Assembly (NCBI GenBank): GCA_046563655.1
Contig: CM102286.1
Coordinates: 14,756,001-14,820,000 of the forward strand
DNA from: Yuukianura sp. NJ FZ-2021
Taxonomy: Eukaryota
Direction: 5' to 3'
Length of the DNA stretch: 64,000 nucleotides
The notes beneath the pieces are model-generated. The model saw only the letters and a program-made list of their open reading frames with translations, was not told where the DNA came from and did not search any database. Made by a program: the position numbers and the translations under genes. This document shows positions 48,790 to 62,764 of this stretch, one piece after another; the stretch's first letter is position 1; every line of letters begins with the position of its first letter.

Positions 48790-51700
48790 ATGAAGGGCGT
48801 CAGAGCACTGATGCTATTTCTATTGTCGCTGTTCTTATTCCTTCCATCATCAAACGGTAAGTTATGAATTATATATTATATAAATTAAAATATGAATTCT
48901 TACTTAAAATGGGATAAACTGAACTTGTTGCTAGTATTGCTTTAGAATTACGCCTTCTATTTGCCAACCGTCGTGATATTCGACTACTGGAAACGAGTAC
49001 AAATGGATCTTCTCCTAGAGGAAGTACAACGATTACGACAGTCGTAGATAAATTGGCTGATGTCACTTCACTAGACTGGGTGGGGTCCACGATTTGTTGG
49101 ACCGATTTGGACGATGGAGCAATTTACTGCGAAAGTGACTCCAAGCGGGTAAGGAATCTAAAAAAAAAAGTTAATTAGTTTGAAGTTAATCACTTTTTTT
49201 TTTATTCTAGAGGACGATTGTGAACAATCACTTGCCTTCTCCAGAGGATATGTCGATAGATTGGCTAACAAACAAAATTTATTGGACTGATTCGGATAAC
49301 AATCGAATTGAAGTCGTTAGTATGCAAGTGCCCTATTACAGAGCTGTGATTATTCAAGAGGATATGGACCAACCCAGAGCCATCGTTGTGGCTCCACAGG
49401 CTGGGTCGGTGAAATTTTGAAAAACGTTTGAATTTCATAAACTAACAATTGTCAATTTTTTAGTTTTTTGTTTTGGAGTGACTGGGGAGACAATCCTAGA
49501 ATTGAGCGAGCCACAATGGCTGGCTCCGACCGTCGAATTCTTGTCACATCAGATTTATACTGGCCGAATGGCATTGCCCTGGACATGGACAGGAGAATTC
49601 TGTTCTGGGTGGATGCCAAGCTACATACAATCAGTTTTGTAGATTTCGAGGGACGGAATCGTGGTCGTGTTGCCCGCGAAACGACCGGTCATCCCTTTGC
49701 TTTAATTTTTGTCAATGGTGGATTTTACTGGTCAGACTGGCATACAAAGTAAGTCAACCTTTTATGTCAATTGCCACTAAAAACGTAACTAAAACGTTTT
49801 TTTTTTTTGAATTTTTAGTTCACTCCATTTTCTGCGACATACAAATCCACCCCCTCGCCCTGTCCCACTTGCTCCCAGGCAGCCGTTGACCCCAATGGAC
49901 TTAGTCGACTACTCACCGCGACCAATCATCTCTTCTCCGTGTGGCCCATCGTCATGTTCCCACTTATGTCTCCTGGTACCCGGTTCTTTTAAATGTGCCT
50001 GTCCCACCGGAATTGGCAGAATCAATGCCACCCACTGCAAAACCCAAATGGAACAGTTCCTCCTGGTGGCTCGCAGTACTGAAATGAGACTTATCAGTCT
50101 CGATACTCAAGACTACACCGACATGGTTCTGCCCTTCAAGGGCCTTCGTCATGTCCTGGCAGTTGATTTTGAAGATACTGAGGGCTGGGTATATTGGACT
50201 GACGACGAGAAGAGAGTCATTGAACGTGCTAGACTCAACGGGTCTGACCAGAAACCTGTGATAACAACTCAAGTGATCCATCCTGATGGCCTTGCAATTG
50301 ACCCCATAGCGTCCAATTTATACTGGACAGATGCTGGCACTGACAGAATTGAAGTTTCCAAGTTAGACGGAAGTTGTCGTCGTGTAATCGTTTCTAAACA
50401 TTTACAAGAACCGAGAGCTATTGCCGTGGATCCTCTTGCTGGCTGGCTATTTTGGTCTGACTGGGGCAAACACGCGAAGATTGAAAGGAGTCGCTTAGAT
50501 GGAAGTGACAGAATTAGTTTAATATCGGATGGAATTAGTTGGCCCAATGGAATCGCACTGGATCCAATATCTCAACATATGTACTGGTGTGATGGAAAAC
50601 TGGATAAAATTGAAGTGTCAACTTATGCTGGAACTGAACGTCATATCCTCACTTCCTCAAACCTTCCACATACTTTTGGATTTACTATTCTCAATAACGA
50701 TTTGTACTGGACTGATTGGCAACGTCGAGTGATCGAAAAAGCTGACAAGGACACGGGCAGAAACCGTGTGACAATCAAGGATCCATTTTCAGATGCCAAT
50801 GGACTTAAAGCTGTGAAACGCTGGAAGTGGCGCGGAGTTACGAACGGATGTACTGGAAATGGAGGGTGTGGCGAACTCTGTTTCTGGATGGGTGACTATG
50901 TCAAGTGTGGATGTCGAAGTGGTATGAAATTTCAAAAAAGCTTAGAATTTTTCAAATTGTGGGATGGTATTTTTGAAATTGTTTTGGTTTTTAGGACATG
51001 AGTTGCAGTGGGACAATCGAAGTTGTTTTTTGCCTGGTTCTTTTTTGATTTTCACTGGAGTTGGAGATTTACATCGCGTCAGTTTGAATCGTTCTGAAGA
51101 CGAGGAAGTAATTCCAGTTGGGAGGCTGAAAGCTCCAGTAGCTTTGGCAAGTTGGGGTGACTGGGTGTACTGGACGGACAGCAAAACTAGGTCGCTTGCT
51201 AGAGCCAAAGTAGATGGCACTGGAGTCACTCAAACCGTAATTTTTACGTTTTTAACTCAAGTTTTCAAACTTTTTCGAAAATTTTGATTTTGTTGTTGTT
51301 GTAGATTATTGACCTTGGATTGTTCCATCCCGAGGGCCTGGCAATTGACCACACTGCTGGCAACATTTATTGGACGGACATGGGAAGTGGAAAAGTTGAA
51401 GTTGCCACTTTGGAAGGAAAGTTTCGTCGTACGATCGTCTGGGCCGTTGAGGAGCCACGATCAATTGTTGTAGATGAACGCAAGGTACATATTGAAAAAA
51501 GAAAGAAAAAGAAAAAAAAATGTTGGTTTATATTTCAAAATTTTGGTTTTTGTTTGATTTTGTAGCGATACTTGTACTTTTCACTTTGGTCCACAACAAC
51601 AGCACCAGGAATTACACGATCCGAAACTGATGGAACTGACATGACCTCATTTGTCACAAACTGGAGAACTCATGGCCTGGCAATAAACGGAGACTTTTTG

Positions 51701-53608
51701 TACTTTACCAACATCGACAGTGAAACTGTTTTGAGAAAACCGCTCGAAGGAGGCAATTTGGAATTCATTTTCAAAGCACTCGCACCTTACTCTCTAGTTG
51801 TTCATGGCGTAAGTTTTTTTAAAATTTAATAGTATACTTCGCGTACTTGCTGGGACTACGCCCAAGCATTCCAAATCCAACTACTATCGAAATTTTTTTG
51901 TCAAGAGTTTATAAAATGTCTTATTTTTCAGGACCGAATTTATTTTTCATCACTCTCGAACGGATCGATCTACCATATTCCAAAAGAGCCAGTGACTGGC
52001 CCTCCGGCTCCACCAATTCCACTTCTAACAAATGCTGGCGACGTGCTGGACATGACCGTCTACAGTTACAATAGCACCGTTGACGGAGGTGGATGTACTT
52101 GCGATGTTGGCATTTGCGTCGTCCATCGTTCCCATGTCAACTGTCTTTGTGGAAACCATCAGTCGCTTGTCAACGGAACGTGTGTCGGACCACAAGAATT
52201 TTTACTCGCCGGTACAAGTTCGTCAATTCTCCGGATTCTGAACGATTCCGGCCCGGACGATGTCGTTTCCAATGTCAAGAATGCTAGAAGTGTCGATTGG
52301 GGCAAAAGTCTTATTTACTCTGACGGTGGACGTGTGAAGGGCGTTGACCTTGGAATTGAAGGTTGGGAAGTAGCGATGGACAGAAGTCGAGACTGGGTGT
52401 TTTATACAACAGCAGAAGGCGGGGTGAATGTTACGACAAGTCAGGGGATTAGTGGCACCGTGGTCAACGGCGGCAGTGACAGTCCGCCGCGTCATCTCGT
52501 TCCACATCCCGCTTCGTCAACTTTGTTCTATGTCCAGGGAGAATCGCTGTACCGGATTCGGTATGATGGAAAACTGAAACAAAAAGTTGCTGATGGTGGA
52601 ATCACTGGAGTTGGAATCTACGCTGATCAATTGTACTTCAGCTTGGGCCAAGTCGTTTGGCGGTCGGAGCTAAACGGCTCAAGCCGATTGGTCGTCGTGG
52701 CTTGTGGAGAAGAAGTTCGTACTTTGGCGCTCTGGGGAGACACGATTTTCTATTCAACTCAAACTGGATTATTCAAAGTCCCGAGCCCAGCATTATCTCC
52801 AGCATCGATACTTCCAGTCCTTCCAGCATCCGTTGCAATTACAACATTGAAATTTGTTAACTTATCAACGCCTAGTCCAGATAAATGTACTGGATCTCCG
52901 TGTGGATACTGCGTAGAAGGAATCTGTTCATGTCCACCACCACTCGTTTTGGCTCCAAACGGTCGCCACTGTGTCGTCAAGCTGATGTGTGGAGCTGGAG
53001 AGTGGGAATGTGCCAGTGGACCAATCGGATGCATCGGAAACATGAAAAGATGTAACGGAATTGTCGATTGTCGTGACGAAGGCAGCGACGAGCTGAATTG
53101 TGTCATGCCTGTGTCGCCAATCTGCGAAGACAACTGCGCAGAAGTACAAAAACCGGAAGAATCTTCTGCCTCTGCCCCCTGGGGAATAGTGTTAGCCTGC
53201 CTTTTTACAGTACCTTTCATTTGTGTCCTGGCGTATATTTGTCACCGGCAACATCTCAAGAAACGACCAAGGTTAGCGGCGACCATCACGACCGAACCGT
53301 TGTTCCAAATTCCTCCGCCGTCTCATCCGTCGTCCAGTCCATACTGCGAACTACTGGCACCACATCCGTCGCCAGCGACTGATTGTTGCCGAGAGTACTG
53401 CGGAAATCCACCGCCGACGCCGTGTTCCACTGATGTCTGTTCGGATATTGTTTATTCTCCACCGCCACCAAGTAGTGCCGGTGGGACGAGTTCGAGTGGC
53501 GGCAGAAGTCGGGGACTCAGCAGCATCAGCATGAAAAGAAGCAGTGGGTGGAGAAAAAACGGCACGGAAAGATACAACTACGTCCCACCACCTCCCAGTC
53601 CCACCTAA
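48790..53608 (+). CDS. arr: LRP5/6 (arrow)-like Wnt co-receptor
   Basis: Signal exon, many YWTD repeats with EGF modules, one LDLa module, TM helix, cytoplasmic NPPPTPCST and terminal PPPPSPT. Confidence 0.82.
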
Positions 53609-54792
53609 AATTCTAGATGTAATGAAGAATTTTTTAAAAGTGCTAAAAAACGAAATTTTTAGCCCCAATGCCTCGCCTAAATTGTTAACTTTGTTAAGTT
53701 TACGAGTAAAAATTTAGTAGGCACTAGTTTGTTAAATTTTTTGTTTTAAATATTTTAGTCTCGATAGAGTCATGCGCAGCAGCATCAGCAATGTAAAGTT
53801 TGAACTCGAAACGCGAAAGTTTTGGTCAAATCCAGATTTCACACTTCACTTTCAAAAAATTGCGACCATTTACGTTTTTAAAATTTTAATCAATTTTGAA
53901 ACCGGTCGTTAAGTGTTTGATCATCCTAAAAAGATAAATGTAAAACCAGAATTCAAAATTTGTCATCACGTTTTTGGTGGTTTAGTTTTTAATTTTTAGT
54001 AAAACGAAGCTTTTACAATACAATACTCACTTAAATTTTATTTATAGCCGTGTAGATCGTTAAAAATGCAAAATTTAAAATTTTGAATTTACTTAAGATC
54101 GGTCACTATACAAAAAAAATCGGTGTTGTTCGAAATGTTTTTAACAAAAGTTATAAATAAAATTTAATAAATTATTAACAAAAGGAAGCACACATAACTT
54201 GACATTAGTTTAGAAATAATTGATTTGTTAATTACTCAGTTTCGTAATTGCTGTTTATTGAAACAAAAACGAAAGTTACAAGCTCCACATAGGCACCTTT
54301 TGACTTCCAATGAAGACGGAACTCACTTTTTGCCAAGTACGTTTGTAAATTTTAATTTTCTTCCTGTTTCAATTTTTGTTATGATCGTCACTTTTACTTT
54401 TGTGGTTGAAAAAAGTAGTTTCATTGAATAAGTTACTAAAAAGAGTTCCAATCATTCGACACGAGGTGGATTGGGGTCAACGATGCTTCAACTTTTTGCA
54501 TCTTTACTCTTATACTACTACATTTACGTGTTGACATGTACAAACAACACTACAAAAAATGAAATTTTGAATGTGGCCTTACAATCCCCACCCCTCACAC
54601 TCTGATCTCTGAATTAAAAAATTCGGAGAGATGACTTTTGAATTGACAAATTCAAAAAGGAAAATGAGTAAAAGGTAGAAAAAATTGTTTGGGACGAGAA
54701 TTTATTTTTCGAAAACAGGACTTACTGCCAAACCTCTTAAAGTATTTCGTTGCTATAGCAACCTTGCGTGCTTGGATCAAGTCCATCCATCC

Positions 54793-54999
54793 CAAGGTTC
54801 CTATAGTAACGAAATAGTTTTCCTTTAACAGGTTTTGCAATAAGTCTTGTATTTTTTCTGCCAATCCCATTTTATTACATATAAATCATTACTATAGGAA
54901 GGCACGGTGAGACAAGTTTTGCTAATTTTTGAACAAAGTTTAAAACGTTCTAGTTATTGCCTAACCTGTTGAAGAAAACCATTTTGTTTACGAACCTTG
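54793..54999. mobile_element. MITE, P-type, immediately upstream of cfa
   Basis: CAAGGTTC...GAACCTTG; TSD ATCCATCC/ATCCCTCC (7/8); interior matches 3659-3989. Confidence 0.8.
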
Positions 55000-55139
55000 A
55001 TCCCTCCCACTCCGCACCCCCTCAACAGCTCAAGCCGACCCCTCCCACCCCCTGACCCCCCTCACTACTTCTAACCAGTTGAAGCAGAAAATGACTTAAC
55101 AGAGGAATAGTTGGTCTCATTTTGCGTGTGACTCTCGTC

Positions 55140-56970
55140 ATGGGAGAAACTGAGACAGAATCAGTAGTGACCCGGGTTTTTTACCCCCTCTTGACCTGGA
55201 TTGTGCGCACTTACAAGGTTCTGGAACTTTGGTTTTTCAAGTTAAATAGAAAAAGAACAGAGTCGGAGGTCAAAGAGTGGTTTGCGAGGGGTGACGTGGA
55301 GATCAATGGGTCCAGAGCGTGGGACTTACAGGTCAAAAACCCGGATTTGTTGCTTCGGTTGGCCAGCGACGCTTCACTGGGCATGGGAGAAGCGTACATG
55401 GACGGCTGGTGGGAGTGTGATGCAGTGGAGGAGTTCAGCTACAAAATATTCAGTCTTGGGTTATACCGAGACTACTTGCATACCGTCAACAGGTAGCTTT
55501 TTTAAAAATTTTCAACAAAAAATCTCATTGACCTTTGGAAAATTCATTTTTTGAAATCTTATTTTTTAATTTTAGGTTCCTGAACTATCTGCTTCTGCGT
55601 GTCTTTAACCTCCAGACACGAGCAAGAGCATTTGAAGTTGGAGTGAAACACTACGATATTGGTATACAATTTGAAACAATCTTGATTCAAAATTTTTGAC
55701 TTCGTTTTTATGGAATCGTAAAGTACAATACAGTAGTTTTGTTTCTGGCTAAAAAACTTTAACGTTGGGAATTCCCATCCATTCAAAATTTACACGTGCG
55801 TGACAAATTTGAAATTGGAAATTTGCGAAAATTGTTTGCGAAATAGGCCAAGATGGGGAAAGTTTGCAAAAAGTTATTTTTAGCCCCTTTTGTTTAGATT
55901 TTGCATTGACGATGCCATTTACACCCCACAAAACAAATTTTGCAACTCAGCAAACAGTTTTTTTCTTGAAATGTACAAAACGAAAACTAATTTCGGTATT
56001 TCGGTTTTCCGCTCTTTTTTTTTCCAGGAAACGACTTGTTCCAGTCATTTCTGGATCCGACGATGAACTACAGTTGTGGCTACTGGAGAAACGCTGACAA
56101 TCTGAACGATGCTCAACTGGACAAGATGAAGTTGATTGGAGAAAAACTAAAGTTGTCACCAGGCATGCGTGTTCTGGACATCGGTTGTGGTTGGGGTGGA
56201 CTCTGCAAGTATTTGGCACAAAACTACAAAGTGAGTGTAGTTGGGTGCACAATCTCAGTAGAGGGCGCTAAGGAAGCCAAGGAGCGGTGCAAAACTCTGC
56301 CAGTTGACATTCGAGTCATAGACTATCGAGATCTGGACGAGAAGTTTGACAGAATCGTGTCTGTTGGCATGTTTGAACATGTTGGACATGCCAACTATCG
56401 AACATTTTTTGACATTTGTCACAAAAATTTAGAGGAAGATGGAATTCTACTTTTGCATACAATTGGGGTCAACCACAAAAGAGTTCCACTCACGGAACCA
56501 TGGTTCCACACTTACATTTTCCCCAACGGAATCCTTCCTTACTACAAGTAAGTTTCCAAAAAGGAAAATTTAAAAAAAAAATCAGGATTTCAAAATTTTA
56601 GGTTTTAAGTTTTAACCATTTTGATGTTTTGCAGAAGCATTCCAGACAATATTGAAGATTTGTTTATCATCGAAGACTGGCACAATTTTGGACACGACTA
56701 CAGTCGGACTTTGATGGTAACTGAAAATATCGAGGCAAATTTTTTTTAAAACTTTGAAAATGAAATGTTGAAAATTTTAAATTTTAGGCTTGGCATGATA
56801 ACTTTGTTAAAAACTGGCCGAAGATTTCTCAGAAAGGCGAAAGATTTTTCCGAATGTGGAGTTACTACTTGAGAATGTCGTCAGGCGCTTTTCGCTCACG
56901 ACGCTACCAGCTATGGCAAGTCGTGCTCACAAAAAATGGATTCAGCGGTGGATATGAATCTGTCCGATGA
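55140..56970 (+). CDS. cfa: Cyclopropane-fatty-acyl-phospholipid synthase, bacterial type, with 4 spliceosomal introns
   Basis: Exons 55140-55492, 55576-55661, 56028-56547, 56635-56716, 56788-56970; motifs INGSRAWDLQVKNP, LGMGEAYMDGWW, HYDIGND, YSCGYW, VLDIGCGWGG, FDRIVSVGMFEHVG, YIFPNG as in E. coli Cfa. Confidence 0.93.
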
Positions 56971-57189
56971 AAAAATCTCTACAAAGTCCCGTTTTTCAAC
57001 TCGTTTAAAAAAAAAACTACATTTTACAAAATAGAATTTTGGTTGTTCTTTGGTTTTTTTTCTTTGACATTTTCGAAACATAGTTGGAGAATTTTTATAT
57101 AGTAAAAGATTTATTTTGGACAAGAACAATTTCTTATTAAATTGTTGAAACTACTGAGACATAAAATTTGATTAAAAGTTAAGATTCGC

Positions 57190-58961
57190 TTATATTTTGA
57201 ACAAAAATTTAACAAATTTTGTAGTAGTGTATAGAACTAAAAGTGGAAAAAGTGTGATTAAAGTGAAAAGAAGAAAGTAAACATCTACACAGTTGCGTAC
57301 AAACCATGGTTGTTCTCTGAGCATTGGTTTTAAGGCACTCGTGTCATCTTGACGCATGACAAACTCTGTCCAGAAAATTGCCTCTTGAACAGGATGCATT
57401 CGACGATCTTTGAACATTCTGGAACGGACTTCCATGTTCTTCTTGTATCTTGGCAAAAAAAATCAAATTTAGCAAGTCGTTTTTGAAAATTTTCAACTTT
57501 TGTAAAAAGTTACTTTGGATTTTGTAAAACTTCTAGCAAAGCATTGTCCAAAATCTCCTGTGAAAATTTAGTAATTTCCACAGCCAATCCAAGTTCTTGT
57601 GCCTTGACTCTGTAGGCGTTGAAATCTTGATCAGCAAACAACGGAATGACGATGAGCGGCACACCGTGGAAAGTAGCTTCGTTCAAACCGTTCAAACCAC
57701 CGTGTGTCATGAAAGCTCTCGTTTTTGTATGATCTATTTTTCAAAATTTTGAAACTGAAATTTTGAATTTTGAAACTTCTTGATCAACTTACTCAGGATT
57801 TCTCTCTGTGGAAGCCATTTTGCAGCCATCAGATTTTTCGGATGGCCTTCCGGCATGGGTCCGTCCCATCGCCAGATAAATCGGATTTTGCTGAATCTGC
57901 GCATTGCTTGGAAGAAAATTTGGATGAACTTCGCATCCAAAGTGGACAGGTCAATGGTTGACCCAAAAGTGATCAAAACCACGCCATCTTCAGCTCCGTC
58001 CATAAAATCTTGAAATTCCTACACGCCAAGGATTTAAAAAAAATAACAAAGTACTAAATTTTAAAAAATTTATAGTTTTTGTTTCGAAGTTTTGATTTTT
58101 GCTAACTTTTGGCAGCTTTCCAATTTCGTCGAAACATTGCATTCCACCGATGCTTACAAAAAAGGGCGGGAGTGACCTCGGGAAATCGATTGAGTAGTGC
58201 GTGTTTAACAAAAGAAGAGACGTGTTTCGCTCGAGGTCAACTAAATTCGGGGTCACGAGGTCACTGACCTTGAACGTACTTTTATACAGTGACCTCAGTC
58301 TTTCAGTATGTTTTTCACGCCAAGTATAACCATACCAGTATTTATAAACGTTTCTTGCTCTTTCAAAATATGACATTGGAAATCCCGTTTCGCTGTGAAC
58401 TTTTAGTTCTGGAACTGAAGATGCCTCAATCGGAGCACCATGTGAGCCAAAGAACCTTGGAAACATTGTCATAGACGAAAATAAGATGACCTTGAGTTTC
58501 ATGTGATGAGTCAGAAATAAAGTGCATTCTGAGAATATGCCATTGACCACTGCGAGGTCAAAGGTCACAGAATCGATGATTTCCCTAAAAACTTGATCTT
58601 CCTGGTACGCTTTCATGGTGATTTTGCAGAATCCGTAACTTGCGAAATCGTAGCCCTCGTCTGTCATGTCCCAAGTGTCGCCATCTATCCTCATTTTAAT
58701 CCGATCCAGGTCGTACAGCTTGTCTGTCGCCGCTTTGTATGTCGCCGGGGTGACATCGGTCACGTTGACATGCGGCTTGACCTTCTTGTCACTTGAAGAG
58801 ACAAAGGTCACATGGTGACCTTTTTCTGCCAGCCCAAAAACGAGCGGCCAAATTGAAATTTTGTGTGAAACGTTTCCGCCGCCGAATAAAAATAAAATAT
58901 TTGCCCCCAAAACACTTTGAGTAAAGGCGAGGGACAAAAGTAAAAGTAAAGCAAGTTTCAT
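57190..58961 (-). CDS. UDP-glucuronosyl/glycosyltransferase, copy 1
   Basis: Signal peptide, WLPQREIL...THGGLNGLNEATFHGVPLIVIPLFADQ signature, C-terminal TM. Confidence 0.9.
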
Positions 58962-59361
58962 GCTGAAAATTGAAATGTAACAAATCTTTCAAAAATTGGA
59001 GAGAAAAGAACAAGGTGAATTGGAGTAACTTTTGAAATTTTGAAAGTGAATTGAAAGTGTGAAATGTCGATCCTAATATTTGTTTTGGCTTGTGTACTTA
59101 TTGGAGTTTAGATATGGAAAGTTTACTCAATGATTGTCATTTATCAACTGCTTGTGTCAAAGTGGCAAGGATTTTCAATTTCGAAGGTTTGTGTGTTATC
59201 AATTTCCAAAAAAAACTTGAAAAATGACATGAATTGAGACAAATTTCGAAGTCACGTGATAATACTTCCAGCATTTTATATTAAAGAAAGTGCAAGGAAC
59301 AAGTATGTTGTTCTTCATTTGCTCAAGTTATTGAGAAAAAAAGTTAGAAGTTAAGATTCAG

Positions 59362-61183
59362 TTAAATTTTGAACAAAAACTTAACAAATTTTGTAATAGT
59401 GTATAGAATTAAGAGTGGAAAAATTGTGACTAAAGTGAAAAGGACAAAGTAAACGTCAACGGAGTTGCGTACATGCCACGGTTGTTCACGCAGCATTGGT
59501 TTTAAGGCACTTGTGTCATCTTGACGCAGTGCAAACTCTGTCCAAAAAATTGCCTCTTGCACAGGATCCATCCGACGATCTTTAAACATCTTGGAGCGAA
59601 CTTCCATGTTCTTCTTATACCTTTGAAAAATAAAGTTACAAATATAACTTAGTGTTTTGAATTTTTGAAAGTTTTTTAGGTTTCTTACTTTGGGTTTTCT
59701 AAAACTTCTCGAAATGCTTCATAGACGAGTTCTTCCGAAAATTCCCGAAGTTCCACAGCCAATCCAAGTTCTTGTGCTTTCACTCTATTTGCATTGAAAT
59801 CTTGATCAGCAAACAACGGAAGGACGATGAGCGGCACACCGTGGAATGTAGCTTCGTTTAAACCGTTCAAACCACCGTGCGTCATAAAAGCTCTCGTTTT
59901 CGTATGATCTATTTTTCAAACTTTTGAAACTGAAATTTTGAATTTCCAAACTTCGTTGATCAACTTACTCAGGATTTCTCTCTGTGGAAGCCATTTTGAA
60001 GCCATCAGATTTTTCGGATGGCCTTCCGGCATGGGTCCGTCCCATCGCCAGATAAATCGGAATCTGCTGAGTTTGCGCATTGCGTGGAAAAACATTTGGA
60101 TGTACTTCGCATCCAGCGTTGACAGGTCAATGGTTGATCCAAAAGTGATCAAAACAACACCATCTTCAGCTCCATCCATGAAATCCTGAAATTCCTGAAA
60201 TTAAAAATGACACATTTCAAGAACTTCAAAAAAATTCCAAAAAGAAAAGAAACATTTTTTTTCTTGGAGAAGAATTTTGTATATTTTTCTTACTTTTGAT
60301 AACACTCCAATTTCTTCAAAGCATTGCATGCCTCCTATGCTAACAAAGTAAGGCGGAAGTGATCTGGCGAAATCAGTGGAATAGTGAGTGTTGACAAACA
60401 CTAGAGAAGCGTTTCGCTCGAGGTCAACCAAAGAGGGCACGGGGTCATTGACCTTGAACGTCTCTCTGTACAAACCCTGCAAATATCAACTAATATGTAA
60501 ATAATATAACTAATATATAATATAAAGCTAACCTGCAAGCGTTGACTAAATGTGTCACGCCGACTGTACCCGCCCCAGTATCGATACACATTTCGGAGTC
60601 TCTCGAAGAATGTCATTGGATATCCGCCCTGAAATGCCAGTTCTGGAATCGTAGATGCTTCCACTGGAGCTCCGAGTGAGCCATAAAACCATGGCAACAC
60701 TGTAGTTGACGAGTAGAGGATGACCTTGACCTTCATGTGATAAGCCAAGTAGTAGCCACACTCTCCAAATGCACCGTTGACCACTGCGAGGTCAAAGTGC
60801 GAGTCCATCACATTCCGAATTGCGATGTCGCCTCCTGCATAGCTCTGCATCGTTGCTTGGCAAATTAAATATCCAAATTCGTCGTAACCCGGGTTAGTCA
60901 TATCCCAAGAAACTCCTGCCAATCTGTCTTTGATTCTGTCTGCCTTGTAAAGTTCTTCAGTGATACGTTTAAAGGTCACCGGGGTCACGTCGGTCACATT
61001 TGGAACAGATTTCATCTTCTTGTCGCTTGACGACACAAAAGTGACATTGTGTCCGGCTTCAGCTAAGCCTACGACATACGGCCAAATTCCCATTTTGTGC
61101 GAAACATTCCCACCGGCAAAGAAAAATAAAATATTGGCGGCGTTGATACACGATGAGAAAATCAAAATTATTGCAAATTTCAT
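59362..61183 (-). CDS. UDP-glucuronosyl/glycosyltransferase, copy 2
   Basis: Tandem paralog with the same UGT signature and an additional intron at 60477-60532. Confidence 0.9.
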
Positions 61184-62764
61184 GTTTCTGGAGTTAAAAC
61201 TTTACAAATTTCCAAGTTTTCAGTACTTTTTTTTTGCAAAATGTGATAAAAACTGTACGTTGTTGGTGTAAGCAAATTGCAAATTTTAAACTGACTGAAA
61301 TGTTGAGGGTGGGTTTGGTTTTAAGGCCATAGACAATTGGACTTTAACATCAACAAAAGTCACACAATTTTGATTAGAGCAAAATGACTGAGTTTTGATA
61401 CAGAAAAGTGCTTGTTTGTTCGCGCGCGTGATATAAAAAAAAACGTTAAAATCTACTCATTTTTATCAAATTTTACACTTCAAAACTCAATTGTACAAAA
61501 CACATCATGAAGCTCTGAACTCAACTTTTCCAGAAAAACAAACCTCGAACCAGGTTTTTTGATCAAATTTTTTGAATTTAAATTTTTTTTGCAAACTTCA
61601 AACTCAAGCTCGTCGTAGCGAAAAGAGCCACAAGGTCGTAATAATCTGTTCATATTTTTTTGACCTCCAAAGACAGATTAACCTTTATTTTTTTACATTT
61701 TATTCCACTTTATGAAAAACTAAAGTGAAAGCAAAAATCTGCAAAGATGGTAAACAACTATACTTTGCAAAAATTTTCAAGGATGACGAAAATCCTGCAA
61801 AGTACAAAATTGCAAAAAATTTCGACAAATTCTATACGTCATTCGGACATTGTGCCTTATACTTTTTTAGGAACAAATAAGGAACTTATACTTCCTACAT
61901 TTCAATATTTCTCAAATTAGCACTGCACATGCGTGGAAGCTTGAGATCGTCAAACAACGCATGTCAAAACGCAAAAAAAAAGTTTTGTTGAGAGAAAATG
62001 TCGCCAATGTCGCTTGGAAGAAACCAGAAATTGCATTGAAAAAAGTCAATGCTAATCTTAAAAGACCATCTTCTTCTTCCTACGCAATGACTCTGAGCAT
62101 ATGAAAACTTAAGTTTTTTTTCGGCATCTGGCCTTTGACTAACAAGAAAACAAACAAGGAAGATGATATACTAATAGTTGCATTGTTAAAAACAGAGATT
62201 TGGTCTGTGTTGACTAATGAACTTTTTGAAATGAAAGTTAAGCCGTTTTAGAAAGTGTATAAATAAATGGGAATTGGTTAGTTGAAGTTTAAGTTTGAAA
62301 AGTAAAAGTGAGTTAGAGCGCATGCGTGTTAGCGGGTGGTGGTCACTCGAGTGCTGTGTGTCAACCAGTGTCCTGCTTACCCAAAAATAGCATCTCAGCA
62401 GCAGCCTCATTTCAAATTCACATCCTCATTGTTGATTGAAATAATTTGGAGGTAAGACTAATGAAAATTTAAGACTTGTGCGCATCTTCCTCTGCGCAAC
62501 TTAGACTTACTTAAGGCAACACAAGTGTTACAAGGATTAATCAGTCACAATTGACCAATCCCTGTCAAAAGTGGGGGGAGTAACTAATTCTAGCGCGGAG
62601 GAACAAAAGTTCGCTTTTTATTGACACAAGGGATATGATACAGTAATAAATATTGATGTTTCATCTTTCCCTTTCATCAGTTACCATCTTCAACTCTCGC
62701 GGATCTTTTCAAAGTTTTGAAATTTCGAAATTTTGAATCTTCCCGCCTTGGAGAGTCTTCCATC

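Noticed and set aside
55140..56970. Bacterial contamination as the source of cfa
   Set aside because: Four spliceosomal introns, a host MITE upstream and animal genes on both sides
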